Shown: piece after piece, positions 1 through 7,976 of the stretch
Layout: every line of letters starts with the position of its first letter
How positions within the stretch are numbered: the first letter of the stretch is position 1
Assembly (NCBI GenBank): GCA_945903265.1
Contig: CAMDNQ010000009.1
Coordinates: forward strand, 75,664-139,663
Source: Candidatus Sulfopaludibacter sp. SbA3
Lineage (GTDB): Bacteria; Acidobacteriota; Vicinamibacteria; Vicinamibacterales; UBA2999
Direction: 5' to 3'
DNA length: 64,000 bases
Position numbers and translations under genes: made by a program
The notes under the pieces: generated by a model
The model's input: only the letters and a program-made list of their open reading frames with translations
The model's database searches: none
What the model was told of the DNA's origin: nothing

Positions 1-379
1 AGCGGTATTCGACAGCGCCTGACGTCAGCGGGGCCGTGCTCGCGATCACCGCATCGACCACCGCCTCCACGTCACCGGTAGGATCGTACGTAAGCGTCTT
101 CTGACTGAGATCGATCGTGATGCGCGTGGCCGGGCCGAGCTGTTCCACGCGCAGGTCGAGAACCCGCACGCCAGTCTGCGAGGGCGATTGCAGCGCCTCG
201 AAGCCGAGGGGCGCCGACGTGAGCCCGCGCTCGACGGCAGCTCGCAGCGCGCCGGCGCTCGGAGCCGCGCTCGGGGCGACGCTCGGGGAGACGACAGTCC
301 GCTGTGCGTGGCTGGTCGCTGCCCCGGCGGCGATCAGCGCGAGCGCCACGACGACCTGCCGCAGCGGCTTACCGCGCAA
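1..379 (-). CDS. secreted protein of unknown function (N-terminal part only; gene runs off the left window edge)
   Basis: Minus-strand frame is open from TTG 379..377 down to base 2 (hand-checked: no in-frame tta/cta/tca on the plus strand). N-terminus MRGKPLRQVVVALALIAAGAATSHAQ is a classic signal peptide. The mature part (..VRVLDLRVEQLGPATRITIDLSQ..) resembles the neighbouring lipoprotein. Not in the ORF track because it has no stop in the window. Confidence 0.45.
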   Translation of the reverse strand, partial: MRGKPLRQVVVALALIAAGAATSHAQRTVVSPSVAPSAAPSAGALRAAVERGLTSAPLGFEALQSPSQTGVRVLDLRVEQLGPATRITIDLSQKTLTYDPTGDVEAVVDAVIASTAPLTSGAVEYR

Positions 380-782
380 TCTTGTCCAGTGGAACACCAT
401 CGACGAGGACCCGGTAGTCTTCACGGCGCGGCAGTGGCGGCGTGCGTGATGACGATGCCGCCGCCAGCAGGCGATGCAGTTCGTCTTCGAACGCCCCACC
501 GGTGCCAGCGGCGACGAGCTCCTTGCTGAAATCGAGGACGATCGTGTCGCCCACCCTCTCGACCGACAGCAGCCGCACGTTTAGCAGGAACGGCGCGCAC
601 CCCCGCCCGCACTGCAGCGCATCGTGGACGGCGGCGCGAATACGGACGAGCTCTACGTCCGCCGGTTTGGCGGCCGGCGCGACGTCCGTCGGCCCTGGAA
701 CAGTCGCGCACCCCTGCACGGCGACGAGCGCAGGGATCACGGCGGCAAGACACACACTCATCAGCGTGGCGGTGCGGTGCAA
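369..782 (-). CDS. putative lipoprotein, unknown function
   Basis: 137-aa ORF. N-terminus MHRTATLMSVCLAAVIPALVAVQGC is a signal peptide with a lipobox-like VQG|C. The mature region (VRIRAAVHDAL...LLSVERVGDTIVLDFSKEL) aligns by eye with partial ORF 1..379. Confidence 0.55.
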   Translation of the reverse strand: MHRTATLMSVCLAAVIPALVAVQGCATVPGPTDVAPAAKPADVELVRIRAAVHDALQCGRGCAPFLLNVRLLSVERVGDTIVLDFSKELVAAGTGGAFEDELHRLLAAASSSRTPPLPRREDYRVLVDGVPLDKIAR

Positions 783-804
783 CAGGTATGCCCGTGGGGT
801 GGGA

Positions 805-1698
805 TCAGCCCAGTCGCGAACGAATGCCGCTGCGCGCCATCAGGAGCACGCGCGCAAGCGCCCGGCGCGCAGGAGACGCCGGTGCCACATGGGTGGCGTA
901 ATAGAGGTAGGCGCTTTCATGAAAAGCCCGAACCGCCGGCACCCTGACGCCACGGCTCGAATGGCCGCCCTGGTGCACCGCGGTGGCGGCAGGCGCATAG
1001 CGCACGATGTGACCGCGCGACCGGAGCCGCCGGCACAGGTCTGCGTCTTCCCAGTAGAGGAAGTACCGCTCATCGAAGCCACCGACCTCGGCGAGCGCGT
1101 CGCGCCTGGCGAGCATGCAGGCCCCTGACACCCAGTCCACCGTCCTCGCACTGCCGTCGGCGTCGTCCACGACGTTGCGACGGGACACCGTGAGGCCGGG
1201 AAGCAGGCGCCGCAGGATCGAGGTGCGCCCGAAGATTCCAGTGAGCATGTCCGGATCGCCGCGCGCATTGCCCTGCACCGTCCCGTCCGCGTTCAGAATG
1301 CGGGGCGCGACGATCGCCGCCGTCCGGGTCTGCTCGATTTCACGTTTCATCTGCGCGAACGCGCCGGCGAACAGCCGGCAGTCGGGATTCATGATGAGGA
1401 CCAGCGGCGCCGTCGACCCGGCGATCCCCTGGTTCACGCCGCGGGCGAACCCGACGTTCTCCTGATTGGCGAGTACGCGCACGCGTGGCGCGAAGGTGCC
1501 GGCGACCGCGCGACCGTCGTCGGAGGAGGCATTGTCCACGACAACAGCCTCCCATTCGTAACCGGCCAGATCGCCGGCCAGGGACTGAAGCGCTTCCCGC
1601 AGCACCGACGCGGCGTTGTAGCTCACGAGCACCACGCTGACGTCCACGGTCAGCGCGCTCCCGCCGTGAGGCTCACGTCGAAGCGCTTCTCGCGCCAT
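805..1698 (-). CDS. family-2 (GT-A) glycosyltransferase
   Basis: GT2 signatures VSVVLVSYNAASVLREALQSL, EAVVVDNASSDDG, NVGFARGVNQG, NPDCRL, WEDADLCRR. The first ~110 aa of track ORF 805..2046 are Arg/Pro-rich and overlap the upstream gene, so an internal start is used: ATG 1698. Alternatives are ATG 1713, or GTG 1647 two nt after the upstream TGA. Confidence 0.8.
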   Translation of the reverse strand: MAREALRREPHGGSALTVDVSVVLVSYNAASVLREALQSLAGDLAGYEWEAVVVDNASSDDGRAVAGTFAPRVRVLANQENVGFARGVNQGIAGSTAPLVLIMNPDCRLFAGAFAQMKREIEQTRTAAIVAPRILNADGTVQGNARGDPDMLTGIFGRTSILRRLLPGLTVSRRNVVDDADGSARTVDWVSGACMLARRDALAEVGGFDERYFLYWEDADLCRRLRSRGHIVRYAPAATAVHQGGHSSRGVRVPAVRAFHESAYLYYATHVAPASPARRALARVLLMARSGIRSRLG

Positions 1699-2663
1699 TT
1701 TGCTGCCAGCCATCCGCGCGTGAGGTGGCGCTCGATGGCCTGGCTGTCGACGCGGCGGGTGCGCTGAATTTCGCCGCGCTGCCGCAGCACGCGCGGGACG
1801 GCCGCAAGCGCGGCGCCCTTCGCCTTCAGGAACGGCACCAGCATGCCTCGTCGCGCAAAGTACGCCGCCGCCGCAAGGTCGTACAGGAGGTGTCCGGCGA
1901 TCGTCCGCACGAGCAGTGACGCTGGTGTGTTCTTCAGGTACACCCACTCGAGATTGCGCTGCCCGTGGAAGACGGCGAAGGGACTGACCCGTCCCAGGGT
2001 CGCGCTCCCGTGGTGCCGCACGACGGCATCGGCGACATAGCCACACCGGTAGCCCCGCAGGCGCGCGCGGTACGACAGGTCGACATCCTCATGCGACGCG
2101 AAAAACGCCTCGTCGAATCCACCGAGCTCGTCGAAGACGTCGCGGCGAATCAGGCATGCGCCCCCGCACACGCCGAACACCTCGCCCGAGACGAGAGCCT
2201 GTTCGGCGCGGCCGCCGTGATGGCGCTTGAACGCGCCGCCCCACCGGAACATACCGTCGCCGGCGCTGTCGACAATCGTGGCGTCATGCATGTACACGAT
2301 CCGGGACGTTGTCAGCAGAACTCCAGCGGCCTCGTCTATCCCTGCGCGGAGCGCCGCCAGCCACCCGGCTTCCGGCACCGTGTCGTTATTGAGAAATGCG
2401 ACAAAGCGGCCGCGCGCGGCGCTGGCGCCCGTGTTGCTCCCGCCGGCAAAACCGCGATTCTCCTGGAGCGTGACCAGCCGGACGGCCGGAAAGCGCGACG
2501 CGACCAGCCCGCTGGTGCCATCAGTCGATCCGTTGTCCACCAGGACGACCTCAAAATCGGGCCCGCGCTGTGCGAGCAGGGCGTCGAGACAGGGCTCGAG
2601 GAACCTCCGGCCGTTCCACGAGACGATGACGATCGAGATGTCAGGCGACACGGCGATAGACAT
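1650..2663 (-). CDS. family-2 (GT-A) glycosyltransferase
   Basis: ISIVIVSWNGRRFLEPCLDALLAQ, FEVVLVDNGSTDGT, NRGFAGGSNTG, FASHEDVDLSYR. 337-aa ORF. Confidence 0.85.
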   Translation of the reverse strand: MSIAVSPDISIVIVSWNGRRFLEPCLDALLAQRGPDFEVVLVDNGSTDGTSGLVASRFPAVRLVTLQENRGFAGGSNTGASAARGRFVAFLNNDTVPEAGWLAALRAGIDEAAGVLLTTSRIVYMHDATIVDSAGDGMFRWGGAFKRHHGGRAEQALVSGEVFGVCGGACLIRRDVFDELGGFDEAFFASHEDVDLSYRARLRGYRCGYVADAVVRHHGSATLGRVSPFAVFHGQRNLEWVYLKNTPASLLVRTIAGHLLYDLAAAAYFARRGMLVPFLKAKGAALAAVPRVLRQRGEIQRTRRVDSQAIERHLTRGWLAAKWREKRFDVSLTAGAR

Positions 2664-3789
2664 CCCACGTCAGCCTGGCGGTACGTGGCCAGGTGAAGGC
2701 GGCGGCGCGTGCCAGACCGGCCTGCCGCATCCGGGCGCGCACGACGGCGTTACCAACCACTTCTGATATTGCCGCGGTCCATTCCGCCGTATTGGAAGGA
2801 TCCAGCAATGTCGCGGCGCCGCCTGTCACTTCAGGGATGCAGGCAGCGCGCGACCCGAGCACCGGCGTTCCGGCTGCCATCGCTTCGATCAGCGGGAGGC
2901 CGAACCCCTCGTACAACGACGGGTACACGAGCGCCTCGGCACCGCGATACAAATTCACCAGCTCCTCTTCGCTGACGGACGTGAGATGCACCACCGCATC
3001 CGTCATGCCCGCCGCGGCCGCCCGGGCGCGCAGCGCGCCCCAGACACCTCGGTCGGAGCCTACCAGCACGAGCGATAGCGCTGCCGCCGGACCGCCGGCC
3101 CGGCGCGCGGCGGCCACCGCGTCGATGACCATCGCCAGATTACGGCGCTCATGGAGATCGCCGACATGCAGCACGTACGGGCGGGAGACGCCGTGACCCG
3201 CAGGTGCCGGATCGCCGGTCGACGGGCTGAATCGGGGATCCACACCGAGATGCGCGACGGTGATCCGGTCCGGGGCGATACCGTAGGCTGCCGTGATCTC
3301 AGTGGCGGAGAACGCGGACATGGTCAGGATGTGCGCAGCCACGTGCGCGCTCCGCCTGTAGAACATCCGCCGAATCGGATCGCGGCGGTACGGATACCAC
3401 TCGGGATGACGAGCGTAGCTGACATCGTGAATTGAAAGGACGACCGGGACCGGCGCCCACCACGGGGCGGTGTACGCGGGGGCGTGGATCACGTCCACGC
3501 GCGCGCGGCGCGCGGCCTGCGGCAAGCCCACCAGAATCCATCCCGCGTTGGTCGGAGGATGCCGGGGCTCGGCCTGGTGTGCCACGCCAGCCGGCACGAG
3601 TTCCGGCCGTCCGCCCAGCGCCACTATCTCGAGCGGCTCGCCCAGCGCCAGTAATGCCGGAACGAGGCTGCCCACATACCGCCGGACCCCAGCCGCCGGC
3701 GACGAAAACGCCCGCCCGTCGATGCCGACCCGCAGCGCTACCGGATCTCCATGTGCAACCGGCGGACGGGCCGATTGAGCGCCGCGCAA
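2641..3789 (-). CDS. GT-B glycosyltransferase (GT4/GT1-like)
   Basis: C-terminal GT4 motif YPSLYEGFGLPLIEAMAAGTPVLGS; N-terminal LRVGIDGRAF...GVRRYV. Start is uncertain. The only in-frame start close to the domain is TTG 3789. The track start 3975 adds an Arg/His-rich leader overlapping the upstream gene. Confidence 0.75.
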   Translation of the reverse strand: MRGAQSARPPVAHGDPVALRVGIDGRAFSSPAAGVRRYVGSLVPALLALGEPLEIVALGGRPELVPAGVAHQAEPRHPPTNAGWILVGLPQAARRARVDVIHAPAYTAPWWAPVPVVLSIHDVSYARHPEWYPYRRDPIRRMFYRRSAHVAAHILTMSAFSATEITAAYGIAPDRITVAHLGVDPRFSPSTGDPAPAGHGVSRPYVLHVGDLHERRNLAMVIDAVAAARRAGGPAAALSLVLVGSDRGVWGALRARAAAAGMTDAVVHLTSVSEEELVNLYRGAEALVYPSLYEGFGLPLIEAMAAGTPVLGSRAACIPEVTGGAATLLDPSNTAEWTAAISEVVGNAVVRARMRQAGLARAAAFTWPRTARLTWDVYRRVA

Positions 3790-5537
3790 GTCTGGCGAAT
3801 CCGCTCTTCGATGCTGCCGTTGATCGCCGCGCTGCTGAGGATGACTTCGTCGATGGCGTAGCGCTGAAGCGTGTCCTGCAGATGTTCGAGATTGCCCCGT
3901 ACCGGCACGCCCATGATCCAGCGCCGGTGCTTCATCGGGTCGTCGTCCAGAAAGGCGATGGGATTCATCTTCCATCGCGGGTTGGCGCGCATCTCGCGCA
4001 CCAGCGTCTGGCCGAATGCGCCGGCACCACAGACCAGCACGCGCCGGCTTCGCTTATTCCGCGCCGATGCCAGCAGGTTCATCGAACGGAAGGACGCGCG
4101 TGTCGCGACAATGGCGACTGCGAGGAAGAGCGCGTCCAGGACGTACACCGTCCGCGAAAAGCCCTCCAGCCGGTACAAGTACGCCGCGGCCATGATCGAC
4201 AGGAGTGACCCGAAGCCGACGGCCCGAACGACGGTCGACAGATCGCGGAGTCCGAACGTTTCCCACGATCGCCGGTACAGGCCGGAGAGATACATCGCCA
4301 GCAGCTTGCAGCCCAGGACCGCCGGCAACGACAGGGTGAAGTACGGCAGGAAATTATCGAGATCCTGGCCGTCGAAGCGAATCCGGTACGCGAGGTAGTA
4401 CGCCACGGCGATGAGGACGATATCGAGCAGGACCTCGCCGACATGAAACCGGAACGCCAGATCCTTCAGGAACGGAGCGAACGACGATTTCTGGAGCGCA
4501 CGAAAATCCTCGGCGTTATACGCCGGCACACGCGCGAGATAAATCCCGAGCAGGACGATGCCGACGCTGAACAGCGCCACCACAGGCAGCACGGGCTCGA
4601 TGCCGCCGCCCTGCATCACGAACCAGCCGGTGCCGCCCCCGACGATGCCGAGCGCATACAGCACCCGGACGGCGCTCCGCTCCGAGAACCCGAGCGACAC
4701 CAGACGATGCGAGACGTGGTCGGTGCCGCCCTTGGTCGCCTGCCGGCCCGCCAGCCGCCGCAGCACGAGGACGAACGCCGTATCGAAGAGGGGGACGATC
4801 AGGATCAGGACCAAGATGACCGTCGGGCTGATGAACGCCAGCGGGCCGCCGAAACTGGGCACCAGCGAGATCGCCCCAAGAAGGCCGCCGATAAAGAGAC
4901 TCCCGCAATCTCCCATGAACAGGCGCGCGCGGCTGCGGTTCCAGTAGAGAAATCCGAGCAGAGCGCCGGCGAGCGCCACGAGCCACAGCACCAGCGCCGG
5001 GTGGAGAAACTCCGGCAGCAACAGCGCCGCAAAGGCGGCCGCGATCAGCGCCACGCCGGCGGCCAGTCCATCCATGTTGTCGAGGAGGTTCATCGCGTGG
5101 CTGATGCCCGCGAACCACACGATCGCGACAAGCGTGTAGAGCGACGGCAGGGCGTTGCCTGGATCCGTGCCCCCGAGCGCGAGGACGAGAAACGCGCCGA
5201 CGATGAGCGATCCCACCAGCTTGGCGACCGGCGACAGCTGCAGGCGATCGTCGAGCAGCCCGAGGACGAACATGGCGAACGCCGCCGCGGGAACCGGGAG
5301 CCACTCGGCCGGGTCGCCAATCAAATCGGGCTGGAGGAGGATCGCGAGGAATCCGGCGACGGTGCCGGCGGCAATGGCGATGCCGCCCATGGTCGGGGTC
5401 GGGTCGCGGTGCCATCGGTCGGTTCGCGGCGGAACGACCGCGCCCGCCGCGGCCGCATAGCGCCGTACGAGACCGCCGCCCGCGACGCTGCAGGCCGTCG
5501 CGAGGACAAAGACGATCACGTAAAGGACCATCAGCAA
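3738..5537 (-). CDS. polyprenyl-phosphate HexNAc-1-phosphate transferase (WecA/MraY superfamily) fused to a C-terminal 4-TM + Rossmann-like module of the WbaP/CapD N-terminal type
   Basis: Multi-TM N-terminal half with WecA/MraY motifs DDRLQLSP, HAMNLLDNMDGLAAG, LFMGDCGSLFIGG. The C-terminal part has extra TM helices, then RVLVCGAGAFGQTLVREM...IAFLDDDPMKHRRWIMGVPVRGNLEHL, as in the non-catalytic N-terminal regions of WbaP-type transferases and CapD/WbpM. Confidence 0.85.
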   Translation of the reverse strand: MLMVLYVIVFVLATACSVAGGGLVRRYAAAAGAVVPPRTDRWHRDPTPTMGGIAIAAGTVAGFLAILLQPDLIGDPAEWLPVPAAAFAMFVLGLLDDRLQLSPVAKLVGSLIVGAFLVLALGGTDPGNALPSLYTLVAIVWFAGISHAMNLLDNMDGLAAGVALIAAAFAALLLPEFLHPALVLWLVALAGALLGFLYWNRSRARLFMGDCGSLFIGGLLGAISLVPSFGGPLAFISPTVILVLILIVPLFDTAFVLVLRRLAGRQATKGGTDHVSHRLVSLGFSERSAVRVLYALGIVGGGTGWFVMQGGGIEPVLPVVALFSVGIVLLGIYLARVPAYNAEDFRALQKSSFAPFLKDLAFRFHVGEVLLDIVLIAVAYYLAYRIRFDGQDLDNFLPYFTLSLPAVLGCKLLAMYLSGLYRRSWETFGLRDLSTVVRAVGFGSLLSIMAAAYLYRLEGFSRTVYVLDALFLAVAIVATRASFRSMNLLASARNKRSRRVLVCGAGAFGQTLVREMRANPRWKMNPIAFLDDDPMKHRRWIMGVPVRGNLEHLQDTLQRYAIDEVILSSAAINGSIEERIRQTCAALNRPVRRLHMEIR

Positions 5538-5541
5538 GCGT

Positions 5542-7260
5542 TCAACTGCCGGTCGCCCTCGCCAGCGCGCCAGCCTTCTGTTCGTCCAGGACGAACGGGC
5601 GGCGCTCGAGGATACCGTTGCAGATTGTATCCAAGCCGCGGGAGGCTCCCGGCCGCAGCTCCTCGAGCCCCCGCAGCCGCAGCCGGTAGATCGGGAACCC
5701 CGCCCTCGGCTCGACGAACGGAAGCGGAATCATGCGGTTGAAGAAGAAGTGGTACGCGTAGCGCCGGGCGCGCGCCAGATGTGACCCCGTCAGTCGATCC
5801 GCAAACGGCAGCCGGCCGAGAATCTCGAAGTATTCCGCCGGCGTGCTCGCGTCGTACGTCAGCCCCTTGTTGCGAATCCAGGCTTCGCCCGCCACGATGA
5901 CCGGCACACCGACGCTGGTCAGCTCGACCCCCGTCTTGGTGCCGTAGATGATTGCGGCGTTGCAGAGCGACATCAGCGTGTAGGTGCTCATGTCGCTGTC
6001 AGGCGGGACCACGACGATGTTGGGAGGCAGCTGCGGGAGCCGCTTGCGCAGCTCGGCCAGCACCGGCTGGCGCGACTGGGGGAACCCGCTGATCTCCGCC
6101 GGATGGACGCGGATCAGCAGCTGCAGATCGGGGCGCGTCGCGAAGTACTCGCACGTGCGCACCAGCCACTCCACCATGTTCGGAAACGCGTTGGCGGGAT
6201 AGTGCAGCTGGGCATCCCACGTAACGTTGGTCAGCAGCCCGATGACGGGGCGCGCCGGATCCAGCCGGAGACGCCTCGCGGTCTCCGCCGCATCTGTCCG
6301 TTGCGGCCGGTGAAACACAATCCAGTCAAAGAGACCATCGCGGCGGCTGGCGAGATAGCGGCCCAGGGCGGCATCCTCGGCGGGAGACAACTGCCGCTGC
6401 TCCCAGTGGTCGCGCGGCTCCGTCATCAGCGTGTGGTGGTAGGTATCGTCGTGGCTGAAGATGAACCGCCGCTTGCGGTAGGCGACGTTCCAGGCAACCA
6501 CGCGCACCTGTTCGCTGCGCGCGACCTCACCGACAATGCCCCAGGGCACGTAGATGCCGTGTGTGAAGACGGCGGCTTCGAAGCCCACGCTGCGCATCAG
6601 CCGGCGCGACACGTACGCCGTGCGCAGCGCGCCCTCGAGATACCGCCGCAGCACCGCGTCGCCCATCGGCTCCGAGTCCAGCGACCCGCTGGCGAAAAAC
6701 CGGAGCGCCCCGGCATAGGCGTGCTCGCCAATCGCGACGCCGTCGAGCGTGAACGCCTGGATCTCCGCGGCCGGCAGCGTACGCGCGGTTTCCCGAGCCG
6801 CCGCGGCGTCGTCCGGCGTGATCCAGTCGCTGTACTTGTGGACGGTGAAACCGAGCGTCCGGTACACGCGCTCGGCAGGCCACCGGCAGTCCCGGCACAG
6901 ATCGGGCGCCGGGCCGGCCGCGACAAACTGGGTGAGGTTCGGGTAGAAGGAGGCCTCGCACTCGGCGCAGGCCGGGAGCGCGGCGTCGCACAGCAGCACG
7001 TGCACGTCGGCGCCGCGAAACGTCAGCGCGGCGCCCAGCGCGCTTTCCAGGGTGACCGCGTGCGCGTAGCCCCCAATCGAACTCGCGAGGAGGACGCGCC
7101 GGCCGCCGGCCGCGGCGGTCCTCGCGTTCTGCCACATCCGCGCGTCCGCGGAAACGATCGGCTGCCAGTCGGGATAGGCGCCGAAGCGCGCGTGATACCA
7201 GCGGCGCGCCAGCCGCGTCGCGCGCCACAGCGCCGGCAGCCGGCGGATCACACGCCTCAT
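5542..7260 (-). CDS. capsule-biosynthesis KpsS/KpsC-like (Capsule_synth-type) protein; distant member of the HP-motif family of this locus
   Basis: Start ATG 7260 forms an ATGA overlap with the upstream HAD stop. Motif order LLTNVTWDAQL, then LLIRVHPAE, then IIYGTKTGVELTSVGVPVIVAGEAWIRNKGLTYD. This mirrors what I recall of E. coli KpsS (VYNDSQ / KHHPMD / INSTAG...GNALYDIKGLTY). Contains an N-terminal Cys cluster CDAALPACAEC...CRDC. Confidence 0.65.
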   Translation of the reverse strand: MRRVIRRLPALWRATRLARRWYHARFGAYPDWQPIVSADARMWQNARTAAAGGRRVLLASSIGGYAHAVTLESALGAALTFRGADVHVLLCDAALPACAECEASFYPNLTQFVAAGPAPDLCRDCRWPAERVYRTLGFTVHKYSDWITPDDAAAARETARTLPAAEIQAFTLDGVAIGEHAYAGALRFFASGSLDSEPMGDAVLRRYLEGALRTAYVSRRLMRSVGFEAAVFTHGIYVPWGIVGEVARSEQVRVVAWNVAYRKRRFIFSHDDTYHHTLMTEPRDHWEQRQLSPAEDAALGRYLASRRDGLFDWIVFHRPQRTDAAETARRLRLDPARPVIGLLTNVTWDAQLHYPANAFPNMVEWLVRTCEYFATRPDLQLLIRVHPAEISGFPQSRQPVLAELRKRLPQLPPNIVVVPPDSDMSTYTLMSLCNAAIIYGTKTGVELTSVGVPVIVAGEAWIRNKGLTYDASTPAEYFEILGRLPFADRLTGSHLARARRYAYHFFFNRMIPLPFVEPRAGFPIYRLRLRGLEELRPGASRGLDTICNGILERRPFVLDEQKAGALARATGS

Positions 7261-7976
7261 GCAGACGTCGAGTGCGCGGGGTCGCCTGGACCGGGCCGTG
7301 GGTGTCCGTCGATGAGCGCGACGAAGTCCTCCACCGGCGGCAATTCCGCGAATGCCCTCCACGGCTGGTGAGCCTGCAGTTCATCGAGCGTGTACCCGCC
7401 GGTCGCCACGGCAATCGTGCGGGCACTGATCGCATTCGCGCACTCGATATCGTGCGGGGTATCGCCGATGACGAATAGCCGCTCCTCGGCGACGGGCGCC
7501 GCGCGCTTCGCGAGTTCGAGCGCCCGGCGCGCGATCGACGATCGGTCGCCGGCGTCCTCGGCGAACGCTCCGTCGGGAAAGAACTCCGTCAGGTTGTAGT
7601 GCGCGAGCTTGGCGCGCGCGCCGCCCCGCGTGTTGCCGGTCAGCAGGTAGGAACGCACATCCGGGCGGGACCGCAGCCGCTCGAGAATCTCCCGCACGTT
7701 CGGCAGCACGCCCCCGACGCGGAGCGGCAGGCTCGCCGGCAGGAGTTCTTCGTATCGCCGGACCATCCGCTCGAGCAGATCGCCCTCGGGCCGCACCCCC
7801 ACCACGTCGAAAGTCCGGGCGGCAATCTGGTAGTCGGTCATGCCGGCGATCCGGACCTGGGTCCGCAGGTCGAAATCCTGGCCGGTCACTTCCTTCACCG
7901 AGTCATTCCAGGCGAACATCCCCGCCCGGCCCGTCGTGAGCAGCGTGCCGTCGATATCCCAGAAGAGAACGGTCAC
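7257..7976 (-). CDS. HAD-superfamily phosphatase (subfamily IA, phosphoglycolate/NANP-like)
   Basis: GTG 7976 forms a GTGA overlap with the transketolase stop. HAD motifs: I LFWDIDGTL, II LLTGNT, III/IV K...FVIGDTPHDI. The upstream 126 aa of track ORF 7257..8354 are Arg/Gly-rich and overlap the transketolase gene. Confidence 0.8.
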   Translation of the reverse strand: MTVLFWDIDGTLLTTGRAGMFAWNDSVKEVTGQDFDLRTQVRIAGMTDYQIAARTFDVVGVRPEGDLLERMVRRYEELLPASLPLRVGGVLPNVREILERLRSRPDVRSYLLTGNTRGGARAKLAHYNLTEFFPDGAFAEDAGDRSSIARRALELAKRAAPVAEERLFVIGDTPHDIECANAISARTIAVATGGYTLDELQAHQPWRAFAELPPVEDFVALIDGHPRPGPGDPAHSTSA

